A DNA stretch of 63,876 nucleotides, counting the filler, from Candidatus Tectimicrobiota bacterium (GTDB lineage: Bacteria > JACPSX01): the NCBI GenBank assembly GCA_016193065.1. It is 10 parts of 10 records of this genome, joined end to end, with 100 filler letters (N's around TTAATTAATTAA, not from the genome) between each part and the next. Parts side by side here need not be neighbours in the genome. Positions count along the whole stretch, not along the records: positions 52,041 to 60,402 come from JACPSX010000021.1; positions 60,503 to 63,876 come from JACPSX010000210.1; 8 more parts are not named here. One strand, given 5' to 3'. Of the stretch, positions 52,854 through 63,326 are shown piece after piece. The notes beneath the pieces are model-generated. The model searched no databases. It worked only from the letters and a program-made list of their open reading frames with translations, and had not been told where the DNA came from. Made by a program: the position numbers and the translations under genes. The stretch's first letter is position 1; every line of letters begins with the position of its first letter.

Positions 52854-53071
52854 CCCCCACCCTTCCCCTCCTCCACGGAGAGGCTGTGTCATAAGTCCGT
52901 TCATGGTTCGTCCTTCGACGCGCTCAGGAGGCTCACCACGAACGGACAAGAATATACGGAAACCCAACCAACTACCCGTTCGTCCTCACCCGGAAACCGC
53001 ACCCGCTTCGCGGGTACCCGCGGTCGAAGAGCGAACGGTGAATTGCGACACAGTCTCCGAGGGGGGAGGGA
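52854..53071. repeat. Multi-layer REP/MITE nest
   Basis: TIRs GAGGCTGTGTCATAA (52880-52894) and TTGCGACACAGTCTC (53043-53057) inside a CCCCCACCC...GGGGGAGGGA REP; two interrupted CCGTTC...GAACGG palindromes inside. Confidence 0.7.
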
Positions 53072-53199
53072 TTACTTTGAGCCTTCTCCACAGAGAGGAA
53101 AGGGTGGCCTCCCTCATCGAGGTGACAGTATACGGGTCTGGCAGGCGCTGTTGACAGGCCACTATCCCGGTTGTACCTTCCATCGTGGAGGCAAGCTTG

Positions 53200-54012
53200 A
53201 TGGAACGGAAGATCTGGCGGGTCGCCGCGGCCCAGATGAACAGCACGAGCGATAAGGAGAGGAACCTGCGGGTGGCCCGGGCCCTCGCCGTCCTGGCGGC
53301 GCGGGAAGGAGCCCAGGTGGTGGCCTTCCCTGAGCTCTTCAACTGGAGAGGCCCCAGCGAGCAGGAAAGGGAGATGGCGGAGCCCCTGGACGGCCCCACG
53401 CTCAGCACCATGGCTGCACTGGCCCGCGAGCATCACCTGTTTATCCTGGCGGGATCCATCCTCGAGTCTCTTCCTGGAGAAGAGCGGGCTTTCAACACGA
53501 GCGTCTTGCTGAATCCCGCCGGGGAGCGGATCGCCACCTACCGCAAGATCCACCTGTTCGACGTGGACGTGGAAGGGGTGGGGAGCCTGCGGGAGTCCGC
53601 GACCCGAAAACCAGGTCAGGAGGTCGTGGTGGATTCCGAGAGGGGACTTTTCGGCCTTTCCGTCTGCTACGATTTGCGCTTCCCGGAGCTTTACCGGGAA
53701 CTGACCCGCCGCGGGGCCCGGATTCACTTCGTGCCCAGCGCTTTCACACTGATGACCGGGAAAGACCACTGGAAACCCCTGCTCCGGGCCCGGGCCATCG
53801 AGAACCAGGTTTACATAGTCGCTCCGGCCCAGATCGGCAAGGGAGTTTCCGGCCCGGCAAACTACGGACACGCGATGATCCTGGATCCCTGGGGGAACAT
53901 CCTGGCGGGAGCGCAGGACCGGGAGGGAATCTTGGTGGTCGCGGACTTAGACCTCGGATACCTGGAAAAAGTCAGGAGGGAGCTGCCGGCTCTGGAGCAC
54001 CGACGCCTCTAA
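53200..54012 (+). CDS. Carbon-nitrogen hydrolase (Nit1-like)
   Basis: FPE, YRKIHLFD, CYDLRFPE, RARAIENQ. Confidence 0.93.
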   Translation: MERKIWRVAAAQMNSTSDKERNLRVARALAVLAAREGAQVVAFPELFNWRGPSEQEREMAEPLDGPTLSTMAALAREHHLFILAGSILESLPGEERAFNTSVLLNPAGERIATYRKIHLFDVDVEGVGSLRESATRKPGQEVVVDSERGLFGLSVCYDLRFPELYRELTRRGARIHFVPSAFTLMTGKDHWKPLLRARAIENQVYIVAPAQIGKGVSGPANYGHAMILDPWGNILAGAQDREGILVVADLDLGYLEKVRRELPALEHRRL

Positions 54013-54716
54013 GGCTTTTTTCTCCTCTCCACCAAGAACAAGCTCTCCAGGCGATCCAGATCGATCCCCATGAGGCTCGGAACCACCAGGTTCGCCTCGG
54101 CCAGCCGCTCGCGGGGATAGGAATTGGACACAGCCAGACACCTCATCCCCGCGCTGCGGGCGGCCTCCACGCCAGCCACCGAGTCCTCGATGACCAGGCA
54201 CTCCTCGGCCGAAAGGGGAGGAGAGGAATCGGGATTGCTCCGGTTCAAGAGAGCCAGGGTTTTGACGAAGACCTCCGGGTTCGGCTTGGGCTCCGAGAAA
54301 TCCTCGGCGCTCACGATGACCTCGAAATACTGCCGCACGTTTCCCCGGTTCAGGATCTGCTCGATTTCCCGGCGCGCGGCCCCGGAAGCGATGGCCAGGC
54401 GGTAGCGCTGGGCTGTCTGCGGGATCAGATCTAAAACCCCGGGGAAGAAGGTCAGCTTTTGCCGGATGGCTTCGGCGTAGTAGGCTGCCTTGCGGCGGAT
54501 CAACTCCTCCATGTCGGGGTCGCTTGTTTCCCGCCGGTTCACCTGTAAGATGGCTTGAAAACAAGAGCGATCATCCAGGGCCAGGTACTTCTCATGATAT
54601 TCCTCCGCACTCAGGTAGATCCCCTCCTCGGCTAGAACCCGGCAAAACGTCTCCTGGTGGATCGGCTCGTCGTCCACGATGACGCCGTTGAAATCAAAAA
54701 TGACCGCGCGCAACAT
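54009..54716 (-). CDS. HAD-IA family phosphatase
   Basis: IFDFNGVIVD, ASG, KPNPE, IEDS. Confidence 0.9.
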   Translation of the reverse strand: MLRAVIFDFNGVIVDDEPIHQETFCRVLAEEGIYLSAEEYHEKYLALDDRSCFQAILQVNRRETSDPDMEELIRRKAAYYAEAIRQKLTFFPGVLDLIPQTAQRYRLAIASGAARREIEQILNRGNVRQYFEVIVSAEDFSEPKPNPEVFVKTLALLNRSNPDSSPPLSAEECLVIEDSVAGVEAARSAGMRCLAVSNSYPRERLAEANLVVPSLMGIDLDRLESLFLVERRKKP

Positions 54717-54801
54717 CTTCCTCCACCTCCCGCCAGACTGCATAGAGAATGGGGAAAGGAGCATAGCATATTTTGCGCCGGGCCACTTCAGAAAATCCCT
54801 C

Positions 54802-55920
54802 TCATTCGAATTTCTTCCCCAGGCTCTCTTTGTAGCCGGTCAGCTCCACGTACCCTTTCCCCCGAATGGGTTTTCCTCTCTGCGTTCCTCGCACCTGCAC
54901 GCTTCCTTCCCAATAGATAATTCCAGTGGTTAGGCTGGTATCCAGCTCTTGTTCGGGAAACGCCGGAGTCACCGTAAGCTCAATTCCCTCCCCAGGAATC
55001 AATAAGACCCAACCGCTGGGATAGGGAGTTTGAGAACGGGGACTGCGCCAGCGCCCGGTAGCCTCGACCGAAAATGCACCAGACGGGAGGTGGATGCTCC
55101 TGCCATCGGCCAGGACCCGGGTGCCGCTGGAGAAGGGGTCGACTCCTCCACCCCGGCGGCGGATCTGGTAGAGCATGATTTCCGTACCGTCTTCGAGTTG
55201 AAGACCGAACCAGTCCCAGCCCACCTGCTCGGGGTCCAACTGGTTGCTGCCAAACTCATGGTCCATCCAGGTCTCGCCGTTCACTGCAAAGACTTTCTCC
55301 CCTAACCGCAGGGAGCCCATGGCCGCAAGACGCGTCAGAGAATAGTAGTAGGTTGCCCGCCCTTCGCCCGCCCCTTTCCGGCTAAGCCCCTGCTCCCCAT
55401 GGAGGACGGGCCCCTTGCGGGGGCGCAACGCGAGATTGATCTCTCCTTCAGAGGCCGCGGCCTTGAGAAAATGGGTTCCCCCCTGTAACTGCGCCGACCA
55501 GTTCTCGACCCAAACCTGATAGCGATCCGTGCGGCTTCCCGCTCGACCCAGAACTGTTCGATTCATCTTCTGCCAGAAGAAAAATTTCCGGTGCTTGAGG
55601 TCCGAGAGGGCAAAATGCGCGAAGTAGAGATCCTCGGCCTTCCAGGCCGAAGGATTTTCCTCACGGGCCAGATCCTTTAAGCCGCTGCGGAAGAAGGTGA
55701 GCTGAAACCCAAATTCCTCTCCCGATGGAGAGCGCAGGTGGCCCGTGTAGTACCACCATTCGGTGCGGTAGTCCGGGTGCGAGGCATGGTCGCGGGGAAA
55801 CTGAATCCGGTAACCGGGGGCAGCGGACCGGTAGTGAAACGGCCCGAGGACGACGGGCAACACGAGCAGAGCCGAGCACAGGCGAATCCGCAAGCCGGAC
55901 CGAAGAGGGCGCAGATTCAT
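54802..55920 (-). CDS. AttH/CrtC-like lipocalin-fold secreted protein
   Basis: FPRDHASH, TEWWYYTG, YYYSLTR, WMDHE, GWDWF, YWEG, GYVELTGY. Confidence 0.9.
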   Translation of the reverse strand: MNLRPLRSGLRIRLCSALLVLPVVLGPFHYRSAAPGYRIQFPRDHASHPDYRTEWWYYTGHLRSPSGEEFGFQLTFFRSGLKDLAREENPSAWKAEDLYFAHFALSDLKHRKFFFWQKMNRTVLGRAGSRTDRYQVWVENWSAQLQGGTHFLKAAASEGEINLALRPRKGPVLHGEQGLSRKGAGEGRATYYYSLTRLAAMGSLRLGEKVFAVNGETWMDHEFGSNQLDPEQVGWDWFGLQLEDGTEIMLYQIRRRGGGVDPFSSGTRVLADGRSIHLPSGAFSVEATGRWRSPRSQTPYPSGWVLLIPGEGIELTVTPAFPEQELDTSLTTGIIYWEGSVQVRGTQRGKPIRGKGYVELTGYKESLGKKFE

Positions 55921-55928
55921 GGAATTTC

Positions 55929-58507
55929 CTATTCGTAACGCAAGGCGCTCGCTACGGGAACGCGGCCAGCCCGGATAGCGGGAAAGATGCCGCCGGCAAT
56001 TGCAGCTCCCAAGACGAGGGCCAGGGCTTCCGCCACGATGGCCAGAGGGCTGGCAAACTGGATCGTCCAGCCGAAGGTCTGCAGGTTGATCACGTAAATT
56101 AAAATGAGAGACAAAAAGAGGCCCGCCAGGCTCCCCAGCAGGTGGCCCGTCACTCCCATCAGCGAGGCCTCGTCAGGACAATCCGCCGCAGTTGGGAAGG
56201 AGCGCAGCCCACGGCGCGCAAAATCCCGGTCTCCCGGGTGCGCTCGACCACTGAGGCGAGAAGGGCGGAAATGACCCCCAGGACGGCCACCGCCACGGCG
56301 ATGAGTTCCAGAGCCTTGGTCAGGACAAAGGTCTGGTCAAAAATCTCCAACACCTTTTCCCGGATCTCCCGGTTCGTTTGCACCACGGCCTCTCCCGGAC
56401 GGTCCAAGATTTCCACAATCTCCCGCCGCACCTGGTCCGTGGAGGCCCCGGGGCGCAAAAACACCGGAATCGTACTCAGGCCCGCGTCTCCGAAATCATC
56501 GAGAAACCTCTGCCGGTCGATAAGGATCAATCCCTGGTCCGTGGAGTAGTCGTAGAAGACGCCGTACACGGTGTAGTCTCGAATACCCGACAAGGCAGGA
56601 AGGGGGATTTTGTCCCCTTCGCGCACCCCAAAGCGGCGCGCGAAGCTCTCGGTGACCACAGCTCCTCTGTCCCGTCCCGCCCGGTTGAAGATCTCTCTGC
56701 CGTCTCCGGCGCGGAAGCGCAGGTTCCGGTAGTCCCGCAAGCGGGAGAACTGCCCCGAGGCGAGAACTACGGGTTCACCCCGGAAAGAAATGCGGACCTC
56801 CCGGTAACGATCCACCGCCTCCACTCCGGGCAGGCGCTCGATCCGGGAAGGCAGGGCGGGATCGAGACGCCCCTGCCGGCGGCCCTCAAAGTGGCCGGCC
56901 GGGTAGACGACCAGGTCGGCACGGATCGTGCCCGCAATCCACTGCTCGACCGTGAGCCGAAAGCTGTGGACCATGGTCCACAGGCCCACCAGCATGGCCA
57001 CGCTGATCAAGAGAGCCGCGACCGCGATGGCGTTACGCCGGAGGGCGCGCCGAAACGAATCCACTCCAAGCGCCCCCACCTGGGCGCAAACCCGTACAGC
57101 CAGCGGGCGCACCAGGATACTGATCAGGACGATCGCCGCGGGAGAGAGGAAGGCAAATCCGGCCACCGTGAGGAAGGCCGCCCCGTAGCCGAACAGAGGG
57201 ACCGGGCCCACGGGTTTCTGGTTAGCGCACAGGCCGGCCAGCACCAGCAGCCCCAGGCCCACCGCCCCCCAAAGGGTCCAGCGGCTCTCCCCGCGCTCCT
57301 CATAACTGCCCCGCGAGAGCGCCTCCCGCGGCACGATGCGGGCCGCCTCCAGTGCAGGGATCAGCGTGCCCGCCAGCGCCGCCCCCAAACCGAGAAGAAT
57401 CCCCAGGACAATCCCCTGAGGGTCGGCAATTAACCGGGGTGTCACACCGGCAACGTAGAGGGCACCGACGGTGCGAGCCATCATCTTGAGGGCACTGCCG
57501 GCAAGACCCCAGCCCAGAAGGATTCCCAGAAGGCTTCCCGACAGGCCGTACAAGGCCCCTTCGGCCAGGAACAGAGCGAGGATCTGACTCCGTCCCATTC
57601 CCAGCGCGCGCAAAACCCCGATCTCTTCCCGCCGGGTGACCACGGCAAACGAAAGCGCATTGTAAATGAGGAAAACACCGACCCCGAGGGCCAGGAAACT
57701 CAGGATCCTCAGGTTGAGCTGGAACGAGGCGATCATCTTCTCAATCTGCCGCGTGCGGGCCTGCGGACGGTCCACTGTGAAGGAGCCGTTTCCCAGAGCC
57801 GCGATGCGGCTCCTCACTGCCGCTTCGGAGGCTTCGGGGCGTAAGACGATGCCGATCCGGTCGATTTTCCCCGCTTTGCGGAAAAGCCACTGGGCCGCCG
57901 ACAGGTCCAGGAGGACGGTATGGCGGGGGAGAAGCAGCTTTCGATCTTTTCCTGCCTCGATGACCCCTCGCACCACCAGGTCAACGGCTCCCCGGTCCGT
58001 GACCACCTCGAACCGGCGCCCGGGGGCCAGACCCAAGGTGTCGGCCGCCGGGCGCGGCAGGAGCACGGAGTGCGGGTCCACCAGGAGGCTTAAAAAATCC
58101 CGGGAATCTCTTGTGCCGGTCAGGGGGAAATCCCGGAAGGGGTTAGCGCTGAGCAGATCGAGTCCCAGAAAGAGCAAGGTCTCCCGGGATCCGGCCACGG
58201 TGGCGTTCTCCTCGATGCGAGGAACCACCTCGGCCACTCCGTCAACGGCGGAGACTTTCAGGAGCAGGGTCTCTTCCAGCCCCAGGTCTCCCCGGCTCAC
58301 CTCAAGCTGGCTTCTGCCCGCTGCGGCTTCGAAGGACTCTACGAAGGATCGCTCAACGCTCGTGTTGGCCAGGCGGACGGCCAGCGTCACGGCCACCCCC
58401 AGGACGACTCCAAAGAGGGTCAGGAGGTTGCGTAACCGATGTTCCCGGAGGTGACTCCAGAACAGAGACACTGCGAGAGTAAGGAAGGAGAAAAGACCTC
58501 TCCTCAT
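55929..58507 (-). pseudogene. MacB/FtsX-type ABC permease (AttF/G-like) with a 1-nt frameshift near 56172
   Basis: RREEIGVLRALG, ERTRETGILRAVG; continues as EASLMGVTG...INLQTFGWTI in another frame. Confidence 0.85.
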
Positions 58508-59250
58508 GCTGCGTCCGGATTTTCGATCATGCCATCCCGCAGGCGCACGATCCGGTCGGCGCGAGCGCCTACTTCGGCACTGTGTGTGGCCAGGACCAGG
58601 GTTTTCCCGCGTTGGCGGCAGAGATCGAGAAGAAGGGCAAGGACCTCGAGCCCTACCTGAGAGTCCAGGTTCCCGGTGGGCTCGTCGGCTAAAACAATTT
58701 GCGGATCGTTGGCCAAAGCCCGGGCCAGGGCCACCCGCTGCATTTCCCCGCCGGAAAGCTGATAGGCTTTCTGCCGGGCCCGGTGTCCCAGATGAACGCG
58801 ATCGAGGAGTTCACTTACCTGCGCTTCCACTTTCATGGCCGGCTGCCCGTTTAAGTGCAAGGGGAGGGCCACATTTTCCCAAACCGTGAGGGTAGGCAGC
58901 AGATGAAAGAACTGAAAGATGATCCCCACATGCCGCCGGCGGAACAGTGTGAGATCTTTCTCTCCCATCGCGGCCAGGGAGTGCCCGGCCACCCAGACCT
59001 GTCCCGCAGTCGGAACGTCGAGCCCGCCCATAAGGTTCAAAAGCGTGGTCTTACCGCAGCCGCTGGGACCCATGAGGGCAAGCGCTTCCCCCCGGGCGAC
59101 CCGCACCGTAGCCCCCCGCAAGGCATGAACGGGCTCCGCCCCGTTCCAGTAGGTCTTGGTGACCCCTTCCAGGGCAATGGCCGGCTGTTCTCCTACTCCT
59201 CTCTTCTCCACGGACAATTCCAAGAAGACTCGCTGCCCAGAATATGTCAA
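58504..59250 (-). CDS. ABC transporter ATP-binding protein (LolD/AttE-like)
   Basis: [28 protein letters not shown]; start uncertain. Confidence 0.93.
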   Translation of the reverse strand: MTYSGQRVFLELSVEKRGVGEQPAIALEGVTKTYWNGAEPVHALRGATVRVARGEALALMGPSGCGKTTLLNLMGGLDVPTAGQVWVAGHSLAAMGEKDLTLFRRRHVGIIFQFFHLLPTLTVWENVALPLHLNGQPAMKVEAQVSELLDRVHLGHRARQKAYQLSGGEMQRVALARALANDPQIVLADEPTGNLDSQVGLEVLALLLDLCRQRGKTLVLATHSAEVGARADRIVRLRDGMIENPDAA

Positions 59251-59267
59251 CTGGGGATTGTGAATTC

Positions 59268-60248
59268 CTAAAGGGTGGTCAGGAGTTTCATGAGATTGTG
59301 AAACTGTTGAGCAGGAATCTCAGGGTCCATTTCACCGGGAGTTACAAAAAACCATTCTCTCCCCAAGGAATCCCCCCAGGAGACCCGGTTCTTCAACGCC
59401 TCCTCTTCCCCGGCAAGGGCAGGTGCAGACAGAGGAACCCCGATCGGGCAATTCACCCGCCCGGCAGCTTCCCGGAAAAACTCGGCCGGCTGGTCTGTCA
59501 GGAAGGCAACCGCGTCGACCTGCACCTCTGCCAGGGAATCCAGAACCGCCAGGTCTGCAGGGCCATCCAGGGCCATCACCAAGGGGGCCTCAAAGTAGTT
59601 TGCCACGTTTACCTGAGGCCGGAAGAGGTCGGCAAGTAACTCCTTTCCCCAATTCCCCGGAACCGCCGGGACTGCATCCAGGAGGAGAAGGACCTCTGTT
59701 CTGATCTCGCAGAACTTCTTGAGAAGCCCGAGGCTCACCTCACCGCAGGTCAGCACCAGCTCCTCGGCAGCCGCGCTCTCCCTGCGAAACTCGCAGAGAA
59801 AGGAAGCTCCCGCCAACTGCCGAGCCAGCAAAAAAGGTCCGGGCACAACGCCAGCCACCCGGGGCGAACCTCGAAATTCAGCCAAGAGCCTGCGGGTGGC
59901 TTCCAGGACCACGGGCACGGCGCCCCGTTCTTCCCAGCCGGCGGGCCGGAAGCGCTCCATCTCCTGCACAGAGGACAGCAAAGGAACCGCAATCCGCTTC
60001 TCGCCGGCCTCCCACCCGCACGATGCGCCGCAGGCTTCGGCCAGCAGAGCGCGGTCAAAGTGATTGCTGACGATCCGGTAACCAAACAGGCGCTGGGCGG
60101 AGCGCAAGCAGCGGGTCAACGTTCCCGGATCCCTTTCAAGTTCCGCAGCCGATACCTGCTCCAGCGCGCCCGCCAGCCGATAGACCAGAGGGAAGAAGGG
60201 CCGCCCCCCGCCTCCAATCATCTCCAACAAAGTGCCCGCCATTTCCAC
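59268..60248 (-). CDS. Divergent uroporphyrinogen decarboxylase/MtaA-CmuA superfamily protein
   Basis: LLAEACGA, GAVPVVLEATRRL, GPFLLA, TPGEMDPEIP. Confidence 0.6.
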   Translation of the reverse strand: MEMAGTLLEMIGGGGRPFFPLVYRLAGALEQVSAAELERDPGTLTRCLRSAQRLFGYRIVSNHFDRALLAEACGASCGWEAGEKRIAVPLLSSVQEMERFRPAGWEERGAVPVVLEATRRLLAEFRGSPRVAGVVPGPFLLARQLAGASFLCEFRRESAAAEELVLTCGEVSLGLLKKFCEIRTEVLLLLDAVPAVPGNWGKELLADLFRPQVNVANYFEAPLVMALDGPADLAVLDSLAEVQVDAVAFLTDQPAEFFREAAGRVNCPIGVPLSAPALAGEEEALKNRVSWGDSLGREWFFVTPGEMDPEIPAQQFHNLMKLLTTL

Positions 60249-60509
60249 TCCCTACAACGTACCCGCGAGAACTCCACTGCGAATATTGTCCCGCGGAGCT
60301 CATTCGGAAATCATCTCCTCTTAACACGACACTTGCATACCGTCAAGGCCGGTCAACTCTCGGTAGTATCCTAATTTGATCTTGTTGTCTTGGTGGCGAT
60401 GANNNNNNNNNNNNNNNNNNNNNNNNNNNNNNNNNNNNNNNNNNNNTTAATTAATTAANNNNNNNNNNNNNNNNNNNNNNNNNNNNNNNNNNNNNNNNNN
60501 NNGTGACCA

Positions 60510-60880
60510 CACCCAGGATGCGGGTACCCACAAAGTGGGTGCGGCTCCCGAAGCGCTTGCGACATGAGTCATGTCGGCTGTATCGAAGGTTCACTTCCTC
60601 GCAACCGCTTAGGTCGCTTGCGGGGGCTGCCCCCTCGGAGTCGAACGGTGATGGCTGATTGTCTGAGTAAGGCAAGAGGGGTGATGAACTGGGAGACCGG
60701 GTGTGCCCCGCACGGGCGACTTAAAGTTTTGCAGGCGTCGCCGCCGGAAGACTTGAATCTCCTCGCATGCGAAAGAGAACTGACCCCAAATCTCCCTCAC
60801 GCGCAAAAGTTTACTGGAGCCCCAAGGGGCACCCCGGTCTCCTTCTGGCAACCGCTTAGGTTGCTTGCGGGCTGCCCCCT
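60510..60880. repeat. Composite repeat cluster including MITE-like element A copy 3 (60693-60841, minus)
   Basis: Shares GCGCAAAAGTTTACTGGAGCCCCAAGGGGCACCCCGGTC and GGGCGACTTAAAGTTTTGCAGG ends with the other copies; core diverged. Confidence 0.8.
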
Positions 60881-61007
60881 CACACAGGGACGGGCAGGTC
60901 GCAGTCCCTCCCGATTTCGCAGACAGAAATAGGGGGTGGGCGAGTGTGGGCTGCGCGTTGACAGAAGTGGATGCTAAAAAGTATGATGGCGCCCGGAGAA
61001 AGCAGCG

Positions 61008-62684
61008 ATGGAACAACCGTGGCACAAGTTCTACGACGAAGGCGTTCCCCACACGCTCAACTATCCGCGGCTGAGCCTCCCCGAGCTTCTGGAGGAGTCA
61101 GGGCGCGTTTACGGTCAGCGGCCGGCGCTGATCTTCTTCGGAACGGTTCTCACCTATCGTAAACTGCTCGAACAGATTAACCGGCTGGCCGCTGCCCTGG
61201 CTGCGCTCGGAGTGGGAGAGAGGCAGCGGGTGGCCCTGTTGTTCCCCAACTGCCCGCAAACAGTGATCGCCTATTATGCGGTTTTGAAGTTGGGGGGTAT
61301 TGTGGTGCAGACGAATCCTCTCTACAAGGAAGAGGAGATTGTGCACCAGTGGCGGGATGCCGGGTGCGAAACCGCCATCGTCCTGGATCGGCTGTTTCCT
61401 CCGGGCACTCGTTTGTGGAGGGAAACCCCGGTCCGGCAAGTGGTGTTGACCACTCTCAAAGATTATCTGTCGTTTCCCAAGGCGACGGCCTATGCGATCA
61501 AGATGGCTCTCGCCGGGGAGCATCGTCGCATTGATCCCCATCCCGGGATCTTCTCTTGGACGGATCTGCTCCGCTCCCACCCTCCCTCGCCGCCCAGAAG
61601 GTCGGTGGACCCGGAGAGCGTGGCCCTACTCCAGTATACCGGAGGAACCACCGGCACCGCCAAAGGGGCCATGCTGACCCATCGGAATCTGGTGAGCAAT
61701 GCGGTCCAGCTCATTGCCTGGACGCCCCGGATGGTATCGGGCCGCGAGAGATTCTTGGGGGTGCTCCCCTTTTTCCATGCGTACGGCATGACCGCGGCCA
61801 TGAATCTCCCCCTGGCCCGGGGGCTTTCCGTGATCCTGTTGCCACGGTTTGATGTGAGAGAGGTTCTGCAGGCGATTGGCAGGTACAAGCCCACGGCTTT
61901 TCCCGGGGTTCCAGCTATGTTCCTGGCCATTCTCAGTCATCCCCGGGTCAAAACCACAAACATGAGCTCGATCGCCGTAGCCATGAGCGGAGCCTCGGCA
62001 TTACCCGCCGGGGTCACTGCCCAGTTTGAAGCTATGACCGGAGGCAGCATGTTTGAAGGGTACGGTCTTACGGAAGCCTCTCCGGTCACGCACAGCAACC
62101 CTCTGTACTCGGTAAGGAAAGAAGGGAGCATCGGGGTCCCTCTGCCGGATACGGAGGCCCGGATTGTCGATTCTCTGGAAGGGAAACGGGAATTGCCCCC
62201 GGGAGAAGTGGGGGAACTGTGCGTCAAGGGCCCCCAGATCATGGCCGGCTTCTGGAACCGTGAGGAGGAAACCCGCGAGGTTTTGCGGGGAGGGTGGCTC
62301 TACACGGGAGATCTGGCCCGGCGGGATGAGGATGGCTTTTTCTACATCGTGGATCGTAAGAAGGATCTCATCATCGTCATGGGATACAACGTCTATCCGG
62401 TGGAGGTGGAGGAGGTTCTCAAGACCCATCCTCTGATCCTGGAAGCCGCCGTCGTTGGGGTCCGTGACCGCATTAAAGGGGAAGTGGTTAAAGCCTTCGT
62501 GGTCCCGCGCCCGGGTGCCCGCCTCCTCGAGAACGAGGTGAAGGGCTTTTGTCGCAAGCACCTGGCCGCTTTTAAGGTTCCCGCCCAGGTGGAGTTTCGC
62601 CAGGAGCTCCCCAAGACCCTCATTGGTAAGGTTCTCCGAAAGGACCTGCGCCGGGACACGGAAGCCGATCTCCCCGGCGATTAG
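61008..62684 (+). CDS. Long-chain fatty acid-CoA ligase
   Basis: QYTGGTTGTAKG, EGYGLTE, TGD, DRKKD, GKVLRK. Confidence 0.94.
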   Translation: MEQPWHKFYDEGVPHTLNYPRLSLPELLEESGRVYGQRPALIFFGTVLTYRKLLEQINRLAAALAALGVGERQRVALLFPNCPQTVIAYYAVLKLGGIVVQTNPLYKEEEIVHQWRDAGCETAIVLDRLFPPGTRLWRETPVRQVVLTTLKDYLSFPKATAYAIKMALAGEHRRIDPHPGIFSWTDLLRSHPPSPPRRSVDPESVALLQYTGGTTGTAKGAMLTHRNLVSNAVQLIAWTPRMVSGRERFLGVLPFFHAYGMTAAMNLPLARGLSVILLPRFDVREVLQAIGRYKPTAFPGVPAMFLAILSHPRVKTTNMSSIAVAMSGASALPAGVTAQFEAMTGGSMFEGYGLTEASPVTHSNPLYSVRKEGSIGVPLPDTEARIVDSLEGKRELPPGEVGELCVKGPQIMAGFWNREEETREVLRGGWLYTGDLARRDEDGFFYIVDRKKDLIIVMGYNVYPVEVEEVLKTHPLILEAAVVGVRDRIKGEVVKAFVVPRPGARLLENEVKGFCRKHLAAFKVPAQVEFRQELPKTLIGKVLRKDLRRDTEADLPGD

Positions 62685-62776
62685 TTCGCCGCCGCGGACT
62701 CTTCCTTTACTGCCGGGCCTGGAGATTCGCCGAGCAAACGTGATATAAGGGATCTGCTGCAGCACGAAGAGAGATC

Positions 62777-63310
62777 ATGACACAGATTGGCCCGATTCCC
62801 CGTGATGAATTCAACACCCGCCTGGTAGAGTACATGCAGCCCCTTTACAACCTGGCGCTGTGGCTCTGTAAGGACGGGCACCAGGCTTCGGACCTGGTGC
62901 AAGAGACTCTGCTGAGGGCCATCCGGGCTCGGGAGAGTTTCCGGGAGGGAACCAATCTCAAGGCCTGGTTGTTTACGATCTTGAGGAACTGTTTTTTCAA
63001 CGTCCTGAAGAGACAGGGCAAAGAAGAGAGTCTGGACGCCGATGTGGGAAGAAGCGCTGCAGTGGAAGCTGAGCCGGGAGCCGGAAACACCGAACTCCCC
63101 CCATTTCTCATGCGGTCGGACATCGATCGTGCGCTGGAAAAGCTGCCGGATGGGTGGAGGTTTCTGATTTTAATGGTGGATATGGAGGGCCTGTCCCTGG
63201 CGGAAGCGGCCGCGGTCTTGGGGGTGCCTGTGGGTACCGTGAAGTCCCGGCTGTTCAGGGCCCGCGTGATCCTGTCCCGGCAGTTGAGAGATTATCAGGT
63301 TCCCGAATAA
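62777..63310 (+). CDS. ECF RNA polymerase sigma factor
   Basis: DLVQET, KAWLFTILRN, GTVKSRLFRAR. Confidence 0.93.
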   Translation: MTQIGPIPRDEFNTRLVEYMQPLYNLALWLCKDGHQASDLVQETLLRAIRARESFREGTNLKAWLFTILRNCFFNVLKRQGKEESLDADVGRSAAVEAEPGAGNTELPPFLMRSDIDRALEKLPDGWRFLILMVDMEGLSLAEAAAVLGVPVGTVKSRLFRARVILSRQLRDYQVPE

Positions 63311-63326
63311 AGGGGTGGACGCCGAG

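Noticed and set aside
56150-56180. Programmed frameshift or Sec read-through in the ABC permease
   Set aside because: No slippery heptamer; the TGA is out of the conserved frame, so a single-base loss explains it
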